The position numbers and the translations under genes are program-made. Below are positions 24,096-32,160 of a DNA stretch of 43,309 nucleotides, one piece after another. Location of the stretch: positions 1 through 43,309 of IMG/VR virus record IMGVR_UViG_3300045988_023625; one strand, written 5' to 3'. Within the stretch, counting starts at the first letter, position 1, and each line of letters begins with the position of its first letter. This DNA comes from a virus. The notes under the pieces were generated by a model. The model had not been told where the DNA came from. It was given only the letters and a program-made list of their open reading frames with translations, and searched no databases.

Positions 24096-24766
24096 GCATC
24101 CTCCCTAATGTCTCCTCCCCATTGCTCCGCCATAGCTTTGGCGATGCCGGGGAAGGTCTTTGCGCGGTTTTTGGCCCTATCCGTGGTAAACATACCTTTA
24201 TGCTGTTCCCCATGCTTATGGCTGTAACTGCCACTCGGACACCATGTTGCAACCGGAGACACAATATCTGTTGGGGCAAGATTTGGAAGATTGCACAGCC
24301 ACAGGCAAGTTTTTTTGGTATACGGATGCCCAAACTGATACGGCTGAATTGCCTGCGAATATTCCGGCATGCAAAAAACTCTGCTTGGGATAGGATTTTC
24401 AACTGCTCTCAAAGGAATTGGGGAGCGGTAAAATTCCATGAAGAAGTCCCGTGCCTTTATCCCAAGCATTACACGGTCAGCTTGCAGTTGATGGTCTTTC
24501 CACAAATGCCGCGCTCCCGCATTGCTGAGATACGTGCATGGGGGATGGGCAATCAGTAAAACCCACTCAACGCAGTGTTCGATTCCGTCCATCGTTTTGA
24601 AAACGCTAACGGGCATTTGCACCAGTTGTACTGCATCGCCTAAGATGTGCCACTCAGGGTGTCCGCCGGAGGGTTCCTGAATGTCGCAGGAATACGCCTC
24701 ATGCCCAAGCGCGCGGAATGCCTTGCAGACTTCCTGCGATTCCTCGCAGGCAACCAGAACTTTCAT
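24092..24766 (-). CDS. Short DNA cytosine-C5 methyltransferase-like protein
   Basis: Start MKVLVACEESQ at 24766 (ATGA overlap). A PPC motif (LIAHPPCTYLSNAG) and an ENP motif (RAVENPIPS) are present. At 224 aa it is too short for a canonical C5 MTase with a target-recognition domain. Confidence 0.5.
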   Translation of the reverse strand: MKVLVACEESQEVCKAFRALGHEAYSCDIQEPSGGHPEWHILGDAVQLVQMPVSVFKTMDGIEHCVEWVLLIAHPPCTYLSNAGARHLWKDHQLQADRVMLGIKARDFFMEFYRSPIPLRAVENPIPSRVFCMPEYSQAIQPYQFGHPYTKKTCLWLCNLPNLAPTDIVSPVATWCPSGSYSHKHGEQHKGMFTTDRAKNRAKTFPGIAKAMAEQWGGDIREDA

Positions 24767-25008
24767 CTTCGTCCCTCCCATTCTCCAAACAGCTCCCGGA
24801 ACGTCATCCCCGTCAAATCTTCCAGTGCCAGTAGCAGCCGCACCGTTGTATCGCGGTCGCCGCGTACCCACGCCGACACCGTAAATTGCGACGTGCCGAG
24901 GGATTGCGCCAGTTCGGTCTGGTTGTAGTTCATCTTTTCCAACGATTCCTTGAGCACCGGATAGGCGCAGAACTCAAACGGCGTTTTCGGTCTCGCGATC
25001 TTGCTCAT
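24763..25008 (-). CDS. Small HTH protein, paralogue A
   Basis: 81 aa: AYPVLKESL...ELAQSLGTSQFTVSAWVRGDR...LTGMTFRELFGE. Confidence 0.7.
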   Translation of the reverse strand: MSKIARPKTPFEFCAYPVLKESLEKMNYNQTELAQSLGTSQFTVSAWVRGDRDTTVRLLLALEDLTGMTFRELFGEWEGRR

Positions 25009-25232
25009 GCGCGCACCTCCCCGAAAGCCTCTTCAAATGTCAGCTCCGTCACCGCAAGGATCGCTTTAATCACGCGAATACTGAATTCGTTCTTCCCCGT
25101 TGTCCATCGCCATACGCAGAGCGGGGAAACGCCGAGCTTCTTGCTCAACTCCGGCGGGGTCATGCCCGATGACTGCAAGGCTTTCTTGAGCTGTGGATAC
25201 GCCACCGTCTTAAATGGCACAGTTTTCATCAT
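25005..25232 (-). CDS. Small HTH protein, paralogue B
   Basis: 75 aa: AYPQLKKAL...ELSKKLGVSPLCVWRWTTGKN...LTFEEAFGE. It aligns with the neighbouring gene. Confidence 0.7.
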   Translation of the reverse strand: MMKTVPFKTVAYPQLKKALQSSGMTPPELSKKLGVSPLCVWRWTTGKNEFSIRVIKAILAVTELTFEEAFGEVRA

Positions 25233-25693
25233 TCAGCACCACCCGTCTCTCCGAGTAGCGTCCCGACAGTCACGCCCAGCGCTTCGGCAATGTACTGATA
25301 CGTTAGCAGGAAGCTCATGCACTTTCCGGTCTCAAGGTTTCGGATGCTGTTGCGCGATACGCCCGACTTTTCCGCCAGTTTCTTCACGCCAAGCCCCCGC
25401 ATGGTTCTCCATTTGCGGATGTTTGCGCCGACTTCCTCCGGCGAAAGCATCCCATCCTTTGACGGCGGAGATTCCGCCAAAATATCGCTTACGGAAATAT
25501 TCAGCGCTTCGCTGATGTTGTACAGCGTCGGCAGCTTCGGGTAGTGCTCACCCTTTTCCAGCTTCCCGATATGCCCCTGCCCGCATTCCACCATTTCGCC
25601 AAGCCGGAACTGGCTGACGCGGCGCACTTCGCGAATATTCTTGAGCCGTTCGCCCAACTCTTTTTCTGTCAACATCTTTTCTTGCTCCCTCAT
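25229..25693 (-). CDS. Tandem double XRE-HTH protein
   Basis: Start MREQEKM at 25693 (ATGA overlap). There are two HTH_XRE units: LGERLKNIREVRRVSQFRLG... and VGANIRKWRTMRGLGVKKLAEKSGVSRNSIRNLETG. Confidence 0.75.
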   Translation of the reverse strand: MREQEKMLTEKELGERLKNIREVRRVSQFRLGEMVECGQGHIGKLEKGEHYPKLPTLYNISEALNISVSDILAESPPSKDGMLSPEEVGANIRKWRTMRGLGVKKLAEKSGVSRNSIRNLETGKCMSFLLTYQYIAEALGVTVGTLLGETGGAE

Positions 25694-25884
25694 TTCAGTC
25701 GTTGATAGCGCCGCGTTTTGAAATGGCGCGCGCTCAGATAGTCGTCTTTCTCCTGCGTTTCCCGCTGCTCTTCCTTCCGGACAGCTCGGTGCTTTGCGAT
25801 ATCCTCCGCATAATACGGGCAATGGTCCTGGCAGCCGGGATAGCGCACGGGTGGCCGGCAGAAGTGGCAGTGCTCAAAGCTCAT
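25690..25884 (-). CDS. Small Cys/His-rich protein (putative zinc binding)
   Basis: 64 aa: FEHCHFCRPPVRYPGCQDHCPYY, followed by a basic tail. Confidence 0.55.
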   Translation of the reverse strand: MSFEHCHFCRPPVRYPGCQDHCPYYAEDIAKHRAVRKEEQRETQEKDDYLSARHFKTRRYQRLK

Positions 25885-26299
25885 GGTCGACCTCCACGCT
25901 ACAGATTGTCACCGCCGTAAGCGGCTCGCCGTCCGTGTAAAACTTCCTCCCGCAAACGCTAAACACGGCAGAATCGTCCTTGTAGGCATATCCGTTGAGC
26001 GCGTCCAATACCGCCTTAATGATGTTGTCGATATCGCCGCGCTTAAGGTATGGGGATAAATCCAATCCGCCCCTTTTTCTTTTTGGCGTTCCAGATGGGA
26101 TGGGAAAATAAGCATTTACCATGACTTCCAGCGCTTCTCCGTCCTCAAACGGCCTTTCCCCGCACTCGAGCCATGCCGCGCGAACTGCAGATTCGAAAAT
26201 CTGCGTGCTCTTTGGCGTATAAGTCCCATGCCGCGTGACACGCGGTCTTCCTTTCGGCACGGGCCTTCCATCAACGACAAATGAAACTACTCGTTCCAT
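25874..26299 (-). CDS. rusA: RusA-family Holliday junction resolvase
   Basis: 141 aa: GRPVPKGRPRVTRHGTYTPKST...KRGDIDNIIKAVLDALNGYAYKDDSAV. Confidence 0.85.
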   Translation of the reverse strand: MERVVSFVVDGRPVPKGRPRVTRHGTYTPKSTQIFESAVRAAWLECGERPFEDGEALEVMVNAYFPIPSGTPKRKRGGLDLSPYLKRGDIDNIIKAVLDALNGYAYKDDSAVFSVCGRKFYTDGEPLTAVTICSVEVDHEL

Positions 26300-26302
26300 G
26301 CG

Positions 26303-26677
26303 TCACCCTCCCATTTCGGCAGCCGCCGCTTCCCACGTCAGCTCGTGTTCCCTTGCATAGCGCGAAACGCTCGGCATGAATGCCTCCTGTTCAGCTATCC
26401 GCTCGATGTATGGCTTCATCCACGCAACCGAAACGTGTGGGGAAACTGTGCCCCTGATCTTTGCCAGCACTTGGCCGACCTTCGGCGGAAACCCCCTCGT
26501 GTCCTCGGCGATCAGCGCGTCCACTGCGTCCTTTGCCGCAGCAGGATCTTCCCCGTCCAGCATGTCCGACCAGAGGGAAACCATCTCTTCGGCTTCTGCG
26601 CGGGTCATCTTGGCATAGGCCTGCGGATACGCCTGTTTTAACCGCCCTAAAAGGCTAATTACGTCAGCTCTTTCCAC
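26303..26677 (-). CDS. G39P-like helicase loader/replication accessory protein
   Basis: GTG start at 26677 after GGAGGAGGAAAAGAACC. The pattern LLGRLKQAYPQ...EMVSLWSDMLDGEDPAAAKDAVDALIAEDTRGFPPKVGQVL resembles the SPP1 G39P family. The longer track ORF would overlap the upstream gene by about 280 nt and is rejected. Confidence 0.5.
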   Translation of the reverse strand: MERADVISLLGRLKQAYPQAYAKMTRAEAEEMVSLWSDMLDGEDPAAAKDAVDALIAEDTRGFPPKVGQVLAKIRGTVSPHVSVAWMKPYIERIAEQEAFMPSVSRYAREHELTWEAAAAEMGG

Positions 26678-27494
26678 GGTTCTTTTCCTCCTCCAGCATC
26701 TCGGCGAATACATCGCCGTAGACAAACGGCTTATTCTGCGGCGCTTTGCCGCCCTTGTCCTGCTCTCTGGAAAGCCACGAGGTGATAAAACGCTTAATCC
26801 CTCCGCGAGTTTTACGCTTGGTAGGGTTTGAATCGCACCAGCCTGCCATGTTTCTGAGTTGTTGTACGACGTCAACGTTCGGATAGAGCTGCGACCATTT
26901 GGTCCTGTCGTTCTCCGACACGTCGAAAAAAGTCCCATCATTCAGCGGCAAAGAAATCACCGGCGGCGCGTCAGCCGCTTGCGGCTTAGCGCATAATATG
27001 TACTCTTCTTTACTCTTCTCTACTCTACTTTTCTCTACTTTACTTTGTCGTTCGATGTCAGCATTTTTTGAAAAAATGTTTACATTTTTCGCAGAAATGC
27101 AAACATTGGGCAAAATTTGAGCAACATCAAGCAGAAGGATGTTGTAATCGACTTCGAGAGTTTTACGGCGGCTGACTGCCTCGAAGTACCTTTCCTGTAT
27201 GCCTTTAGAAGTCAATACGTGGTACTTGTCATACTTCTCTTTGTCGAACATCCCTCGTCTGATAGAAGCCTCTATTATTTCGGAAACGACGCTCCCACCC
27301 AACCCGACCTTGCGGGCGAACAAAAGCGCAACCTCCTCTGTCCATTCAATGTAGTAACCCGCCTTACCGTAAATCTCTTGCAGCAAGTGAACGACTACAC
27401 CAAATCCTGTCAAGCCAAATTCTGCTTCTATCAGTTCAAACTTTGCGTTCAATGTGACATCAAGCGGAAAGTAATCGATCCCGCTTTTTGCCAT
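26664..27494 (-). CDS. Replisome organiser / DnaD-like protein with a DUF4373 (Lin1244/Lin1753) N-terminal domain
   Basis: 276 aa: GIDYFPLDVTLNAKFELIEAEFGLTGFGVVVHLLQEIYGKAGYYIEW. Confidence 0.8.
   Translation of the reverse strand: MAKSGIDYFPLDVTLNAKFELIEAEFGLTGFGVVVHLLQEIYGKAGYYIEWTEEVALLFARKVGLGGSVVSEIIEASIRRGMFDKEKYDKYHVLTSKGIQERYFEAVSRRKTLEVDYNILLLDVAQILPNVCISAKNVNIFSKNADIERQSKVEKSRVEKSKEEYILCAKPQAADAPPVISLPLNDGTFFDVSENDRTKWSQLYPNVDVVQQLRNMAGWCDSNPTKRKTRGGIKRFITSWLSREQDKGGKAPQNKPFVYGDVFAEMLEEEKNRGKS
27001..27110. other. Candidate origin of replication inside the organiser gene
   Basis: AT-rich patch. TACTCT occurs at 27001, 27011 and 27021 (10-bp phasing). A 17-bp palindrome CATTTTTTGAAAAAATG lies at 27062-27078. 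A nearby inverted repeat AATGTTTAC / GCAAACATT has one mismatch. Confidence 0.4.
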
Positions 27495-27505
27495 AGACTA
27501 CTCCC

Positions 27506-27916
27506 TTAAAACGGCAACTCGCCGCAATCCTCGTTAACCTCTGCAAAGCCTCCTGCGGCGCTCTCTGTGACGTATTGCGGTGCGGCGGTGTTGTTACCCT
27601 CCGAGCGCCTGTTGTCTGCGAAATACACGCTGTCAGCCTGCACCTCGTAGCTCCTGCGCTTGTTGCCGTTCTTGTCCGTCCAGTCGCGCATCTGCAAGCG
27701 CCCCTCGACGCCGATCATGCGACCCTTATCGGCGTAGTTGCAGAGCACTTCTGCCGTGCCGCGCCATGCGACAACATCGATCCAGTCTGTGCCGCCCTCT
27801 TTGCCGTTGCGATCAACGGCAAGAGGGAACGACACAACGGATACGCCGCTGTTCGTCTTTTTCAGCTCCAAGTCACGCCCGATGCGTCCCATCAGGCAGA
27901 TTCGATTCATGCTCAT
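27506..27916 (-). CDS. ssb: Single-stranded DNA-binding protein
   Basis: Start MSMNRICLMGRIGRDLELK at 27916. OB-fold pattern and an acidic C-terminal tip DCGELPF. Confidence 0.9.
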   Translation of the reverse strand: MSMNRICLMGRIGRDLELKKTNSGVSVVSFPLAVDRNGKEGGTDWIDVVAWRGTAEVLCNYADKGRMIGVEGRLQMRDWTDKNGNKRRSYEVQADSVYFADNRRSEGNNTAAPQYVTESAAGGFAEVNEDCGELPF

Positions 27917-28587
27917 TTCAATTCCTCCTCGCTTTGGTGTTGGTGCAGATAGAGCACATGGCTCTTGCCGATGGCGGCGTTTTGGGCGAGCCATGCGCGT
28001 GCCTGCTCGCGGGATAGATGGCTCTCCATTGCGCGGCTCTCATAGCTGAATTCTCCCGCTTCCAGCTTGCGTTTCATGCGCTCCTGTATCTCTTCTTCGC
28101 CGTAGTTAGCTTCGATCAGATAAAGGTCGTAGTCCTGCGCCACAATGCCGTCCAGCGAGGCGCAGTCCGTCGCGTAGAACACGCGCTCGCCGTTTGCAAA
28201 TTCGATATGCCACGCACAATTCGGAACATCGTGAGGAATGGAATTGTAGGATACACAGACGGGGTAGAGAAGGGAACAGGAGTAGAACAGCACATGGCCT
28301 GCCATGCCCTCGTCGGTCACGCGGCGGTCCACGCCGATGCGTCCCATCGGTTCCATGAGCCACGGAGGGACGCACCAGCGCAGCGCAGGGCGCAGGAAGT
28401 GCAGGCGCTTGATAGTCTCGGGGGTGAAGTGGTCTCCGTGAATGTGCGTCAGCAGTACGAGCTTCAATCCCTTGCAGTACGGTTCGAGTTCCCGAAAGGG
28501 AACGCCGCAGTCAATGAGGATTTCATCATTCAGCAGCACGGCGTTCCCCTTGGAGCCGGTCGAAATGACCTTGGCCTTACAGATCAT
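27913..28587 (-). CDS. MBL-fold metallo-hydrolase (putative recombination exonuclease)
   Basis: 224 aa with the HxHxDH motif (LLTHIHGDHF). It is adjacent to the SSAP-like gene. Confidence 0.75.
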   Translation of the reverse strand: MICKAKVISTGSKGNAVLLNDEILIDCGVPFRELEPYCKGLKLVLLTHIHGDHFTPETIKRLHFLRPALRWCVPPWLMEPMGRIGVDRRVTDEGMAGHVLFYSCSLLYPVCVSYNSIPHDVPNCAWHIEFANGERVFYATDCASLDGIVAQDYDLYLIEANYGEEEIQERMKRKLEAGEFSYESRAMESHLSREQARAWLAQNAAIGKSHVLYLHQHQSEEELK

Positions 28588-29464
28588 TCATGCTCACCTG
28601 CTTGGGGGTGCCGGTCTTTCCGTCGTCCGGCGTACCGAGGTCATCAGCGGGAGCGATCAGATTGTCCTTGACCTCGCCTGTGGTCTCGTCCACTTCGACG
28701 GTCGGGAGATCAAAATACTGCTCGCGGCTCGCGCGTCCCTCTTTCAGCGTGGTATACACATTACGCAGGCGCACGATGCTCTGCACCGTGAACGCTTCGG
28801 CCTTGCAGCCGATGTACTTTTCAAGGCACTCCATCGGTACGCCGAAGTCGTCCTTGAACGCCTGCCCCATCTTGCGCACGCGGTCGATCATGGGTTCATC
28901 GCTCTTTCCCATCATTGTCTTGGTACACGCCGCAAGAGCAGCATCCACCACGTCACCGGGGATAATGCCAAGAATGCACGCGCGCATACGGCGCGCGCCC
29001 TGATTGGCGACCATTTCATAGATGTCGCGCGGGTCGGTGAGGGCAACGTTGCCTTTCTTGGTGTAGCGGATATGCGGCACGGTGAAGATCTTCGTCTGGC
29101 GGGTGTTGGTCTCCAAATCCCAGCAGTAGGCCATGACGGTACTCTCACCATTTTTCTGCTCCAGCTCGGTAATGCCGAAGTCGAGGTTGCCCCAATTCTG
29201 TGCCATGACCTCGGCGAGACGGATTGAGGGGCCGGTCACGTTCTCACCGCCGCGCGGATATTCATAGATCGCGCGCTCGGCAAGGCTCTTGCGCTTGCAG
29301 GCGTTGAGAATGCGGTTGTTCGCTTCGATCTCGTCACGGGGAAAGCGCTTGGCGACGACCATTGCCGCCTGTACCTCCTGCGCCTGACGGGAAATCATCA
29401 TTTCGGTGTTCACGCTCTTGGCGCTCACAACTTCGGTGCTGTTGTAGGTCTGCATTTCGTTCAT
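28577..29464 (-). CDS. Putative single-strand annealing recombinase (RecT/Redbeta-like by context)
   Basis: 295 aa (GPSIRLAEVMAQNWGNLDFG...), flanked by DUF1351, an MBL nuclease and SSB. The family assignment was not verified. Confidence 0.5.
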   Translation of the reverse strand: MNEMQTYNSTEVVSAKSVNTEMMISRQAQEVQAAMVVAKRFPRDEIEANNRILNACKRKSLAERAIYEYPRGGENVTGPSIRLAEVMAQNWGNLDFGITELEQKNGESTVMAYCWDLETNTRQTKIFTVPHIRYTKKGNVALTDPRDIYEMVANQGARRMRACILGIIPGDVVDAALAACTKTMMGKSDEPMIDRVRKMGQAFKDDFGVPMECLEKYIGCKAEAFTVQSIVRLRNVYTTLKEGRASREQYFDLPTVEVDETTGEVKDNLIAPADDLGTPDDGKTGTPKQVSMNDL

Positions 29465-29485
29465 GGCAATATCCTCCTCAAATAA

Positions 29486-30331
29486 TCATTCGTACTGATA
29501 GCCATTGCTGACAAGGAATTGCTTCAAAAGGCGCAGGCGCTCGCGCGTATCGGTCACGCGGAACGACACCGTGAGGCGTTCGACCACCGCCTGCTCCACG
29601 CGCTTCGGGACGACCTGCGGGGTCGCTGCGCCGGTATCCTCGCGGACGGGTGCTCCGGCAACGCGGGCCTCCTCCATTTCCGTGCGGCGTTTCACGGCCT
29701 CGCGCTCCTCCTCGGCGCGGCGGTGACGCTCGTTGACAACGGAGATTGCAAGCGAGAGGTCGAGGTTCTTTTTGTACTCCACCATGATCTCCGGCGCGTT
29801 CTCTCCCATCGTGCCGATGGTTTGCATGTCCTGTGCCACGCCGTCCACCTTTAGCTTGATCTGCTCCATGAGTTTCTTCGGCGTCTTGGCTCTGGCGCTC
29901 GTCATATCGACCTTAACGCCGGTCTGTCCGAACGAAAGGAAGTCGATCTCGTTGACCGCGCACAGCTCCCGAAAATAGCCCAGCAGCATTTCCTCGCAGC
30001 AGCTCTTGATCTCGCTTTCCGTCGCGTCGATCTTGGCTTTCAGGTCTGCGTCGGCGCGCTTGTACGGGTCAGCGATGCACTCACGGTAGACGGCTTCGAA
30101 GCTGTCGTACTTCTCCATGATTGCAGCTTTAATGGCCTTGCGCTGGGTCTCGGCGTCGGCAAACTCGCGGTTCATCTCGGCGCGAATGTTCTTCACGCTG
30201 GTTAAGGTCTCGTCGGTGCAGACAAGGCTCATTGCCTCTGCGACGCGCTGTTCCGTCTGCTCCTTCCGGCTCCTCAAATGCTCCTCGATTACGGGGAGCT
30301 GTGTCACTTTCATCAGGTTGTTATCCATCAT
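29486..30331 (-). CDS. DUF1351-like phage protein
   Basis: 281 aa. N-terminus KVTQLPVIEEHLRSRKEQTEQRV and coiled-coil content. This family typically accompanies phage SSAPs. Confidence 0.6.
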   Translation of the reverse strand: MMDNNLMKVTQLPVIEEHLRSRKEQTEQRVAEAMSLVCTDETLTSVKNIRAEMNREFADAETQRKAIKAAIMEKYDSFEAVYRECIADPYKRADADLKAKIDATESEIKSCCEEMLLGYFRELCAVNEIDFLSFGQTGVKVDMTSARAKTPKKLMEQIKLKVDGVAQDMQTIGTMGENAPEIMVEYKKNLDLSLAISVVNERHRRAEEEREAVKRRTEMEEARVAGAPVREDTGAATPQVVPKRVEQAVVERLTVSFRVTDTRERLRLLKQFLVSNGYQYE

Positions 30332-30488
30332 CTTCGTCCTCTTTCATTTCCTCAAAAAACTCTTCCCCGCAGTACGGGCAGCTCGCTACGCTGTGCATCC
30401 ATACGCCGCGCTCCCCGTCGAGGTTCTCCCGCTCTCTGTAAATAGCCGGGTGCTCAAAATCCGCTCCGCATGATTCGCAGTGCATCAT
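30321..30488 (-). CDS. Small zinc-ribbon protein (55 aa)
   Basis: ATG at 30488 after GGAGGTGGAGGA. Translation: MMHCESCGADFEHPAIYRERENLDGERGVWMHSVASCPYCGEEFFEEMKEDEDDG (CxxC...CxxC). The 147-aa track version lies in an alternative frame of the 3D gene and is rejected. Confidence 0.6.
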   Translation of the reverse strand: MMHCESCGADFEHPAIYRERENLDGERGVWMHSVASCPYCGEEFFEEMKEDEDDG

Positions 30489-31021
30489 TCCTCCACCTCC
30501 AAATACACCATCGCGCTCTGCATGCCGAAGACACGCGCCGCCTGATGATCGCCAAAAAACACGTCGATGTGGTTCCCGTCCACACCGCTGCCGCAGTCCT
30601 CCGCAACATAGCTGTGCTGCGTGCCGTCCGGCCAGATCAGCAGTACGCGCGAGCCGTAAGGGATAACCTTCGGGTCGACCGCGATCGTGCGCCCCTCGGT
30701 GGCCAGCGTGCCGGTCGCGGTGTAGCCGCTTGCCCACTTGCCGCAGCAGCAGCGCCCGGGGCAATAGGCCGTGAGCGTAAACTCATCAAGAAAAACGTCG
30801 TTGCACACCGCGCTTTCGGTCGCGGGAATATCCCACGCGGGGTCATATTCCTCGGCGACTTCCGAGGATTCCTTGGGACTTGCTTCGACCTCCTGCGCGC
30901 TGGTGGCTAAGATGGCGACCACAATCAAGATGACCGTCGCGCCCAGACACGCCGCCGCAATCAGCGCCGATTCATCGGCTTTGCGCTGCTCCCTCGTGCG
31001 CTTGTCGTGCCGTCTCATCAC
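30485..31021 (-). CDS. Membrane-anchored 3D-domain (MltA/RlpA-like) protein
   Basis: 178 aa. TM segment LIAAACLGATVILIVVAILA. 3D-domain pattern FTLTAYCPGRCCCGKWASGYTATG...GRTIAVDPKVIPYGSRV...YVAEDCGSGVDGNHIDVFF. Confidence 0.75.
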   Translation of the reverse strand: MMRRHDKRTREQRKADESALIAAACLGATVILIVVAILATSAQEVEASPKESSEVAEEYDPAWDIPATESAVCNDVFLDEFTLTAYCPGRCCCGKWASGYTATGTLATEGRTIAVDPKVIPYGSRVLLIWPDGTQHSYVAEDCGSGVDGNHIDVFFGDHQAARVFGMQSAMVYLEVEE

Positions 31022-31716
31022 TTCGCCCCCAATGCAGCGAAAAGTGCGTGCTTTGCCCGAAACGAATCCAATTTAAGGCCACCGGATTCCAGTAAAGATA
31101 TCGATGGCTGATTCACGCCGATCTCCATCGCTAACCGCCTCTGAGAAAATCCTCTTGCCAAACGCGCCTCGCGTATCCACCGCTGCTTCTCGGCGATGCT
31201 GTCCTTGTTCGCTTCGTAGTAAGCCTTCTGCTTCTCGGCGATGCTGTCCTTGTTCGCTTCGTAGTAAGCCTTCTGATACTCGGCGATGCTGTCCTTGTTC
31301 GCTTCGCGATAAGCCTTCTGCTTCTCGGCGATGCTGTCCTTGTTCGCTTCGTAGTAAGCCTTCTGCTTCTCGGCGATGCTGTCCTTGTTCGCTTCGTAGT
31401 AAGCCTTCTGATACTCGGCGATGCTGTCCTTGTTCGCTTCGCGATAAGCCTTCTGCTTCTCGGCGATGCTGTCCTTGTTCGCTTCGTAGTAAGCCTTCTG
31501 ATACTCGGCGATGCTGTCCTTGTTCGCTTCGCGATAAGCCTTCTGCTTCTCGGCGATGCTGCGACACCTGGTATCTTTTTGAAAGATGGTTGCTTCGGCA
31601 TCTCTACTGCGCGATGCAGCCAACTCATCGCGCGTCCATCGGAAATCTCGCTCGATCTCCTCGTCTGCCCGACGCATTTCTTCGATTTCTTCTGGAGTAA
31701 ATTTCACCCTCTGCAC
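31018..31716 (-). CDS. Repeat-containing protein with a C-terminal XRE HTH
   Basis: 232 aa. Eight full copies and one partial copy of the 15-aa unit SIAE(K/Y)QKAY(R/Y)EANKD, followed by IREARLARGFSQRRLAMEIGVNQPSISLLESG. Confidence 0.8.
   Translation of the reverse strand: MQRVKFTPEEIEEMRRADEEIERDFRWTRDELAASRSRDAEATIFQKDTRCRSIAEKQKAYREANKDSIAEYQKAYYEANKDSIAEKQKAYREANKDSIAEYQKAYYEANKDSIAEKQKAYYEANKDSIAEKQKAYREANKDSIAEYQKAYYEANKDSIAEKQKAYYEANKDSIAEKQRWIREARLARGFSQRRLAMEIGVNQPSISLLESGGLKLDSFRAKHALFAALGAK
31183..31560. repeat. 45-bp tandem repeat, about 8.4 copies, with a 135-bp higher-order repeat
   Basis: Units start at 31186, 31231, 31276, 31321, 31366, 31411, 31456 and 31501, plus a partial unit at 31546. 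Block 31186-31320 appears identical to block 31321-31455. Confidence 0.95.
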
Positions 31717-31856
31717 CCCCTGTCGATGTACGGGAGCAGCTCATACAGCCACTTGCCGACCGCGCACGCGCCGATGACGGAAAGGCTCGTCGCGAAGTCG
31801 CAGCCGTTGAGCGTGATCACCGCAGCGGCGATACCGCCGAAAAACAGTGTGTCCAT
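31704..31856 (-). CDS. Small hydrophobic protein (50 aa)
   Basis: ATG at 31856 after a GAGGTG RBS. Translation: MDTLFFGGIAAAVITLNGCDFATSLSVIGACAVGKWLYELLPYIDRGCRG. Confidence 0.45.
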   Translation of the reverse strand: MDTLFFGGIAAAVITLNGCDFATSLSVIGACAVGKWLYELLPYIDRGCRG

Positions 31857-31858
31857 GC

Positions 31859-32056
31859 TCACACCTCGCGTTCCGCGATCCACTCGTTCACGAGGCGAGT
31901 GTAGATTTGGAAGATTCTGCGCTTGCCGCCGCGGATGCACACGCCGAAAGGGTAAACCCGCTGCTCAAGGCCATCTGCCAGCGATTCGTTTGAAATGCTC
32001 AGCCCATGAGCGCGTAAGTATGCCGCGCACTCGTTCAGATCCATTGTTTTAATCAT
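31859..32056 (-). CDS. Small hypothetical protein (possible DNA-binding/Xis-like)
   Basis: 65-aa ORF with RBS AGGAAAGGAAAAATCA. Confidence 0.5.
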   Translation of the reverse strand: MIKTMDLNECAAYLRAHGLSISNESLADGLEQRVYPFGVCIRGGKRRIFQIYTRLVNEWIAEREV

Positions 32057-32160
32057 TGATTTTTCCTTTCCTCCGTGCTACAATGAGCACGGACACAATA
32101 TCTTGTGGTGAGATTTGTCCGGTTGCCCTGTTCGGCCTGCTACGCTGAACAGGGCTTTTC

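Noticed and set aside
24052-24559. Track ORFs 24052..24402 (-) and 24077..24559 (+)
   Set aside because: They are alternative or antisense frames of the methyltransferase-like gene, with no RBS and atypical composition.
26303-26941. 212-aa track ORF
   Set aside because: Its first ~88 codons are an alternative frame of the replisome-organiser gene. A GTG at 26677 with a strong GGAGGAGG RBS gives a 124-aa G39P-like protein.
30321-30764. 147-aa track ORF
   Set aside because: Most of it is an Arg/Gly-rich alternative frame of the 3D-domain gene. Only the last 55 codons, from ATG 30488 with an RBS and zinc-ribbon motifs, look genuine.
31183-31560. The regular 45-bp repeats could be mistaken for a CRISPR array
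   Set aside because: The units are directly abutting with no unique spacers. They lie in frame within a continuous ORF and encode a 15-aa protein repeat.
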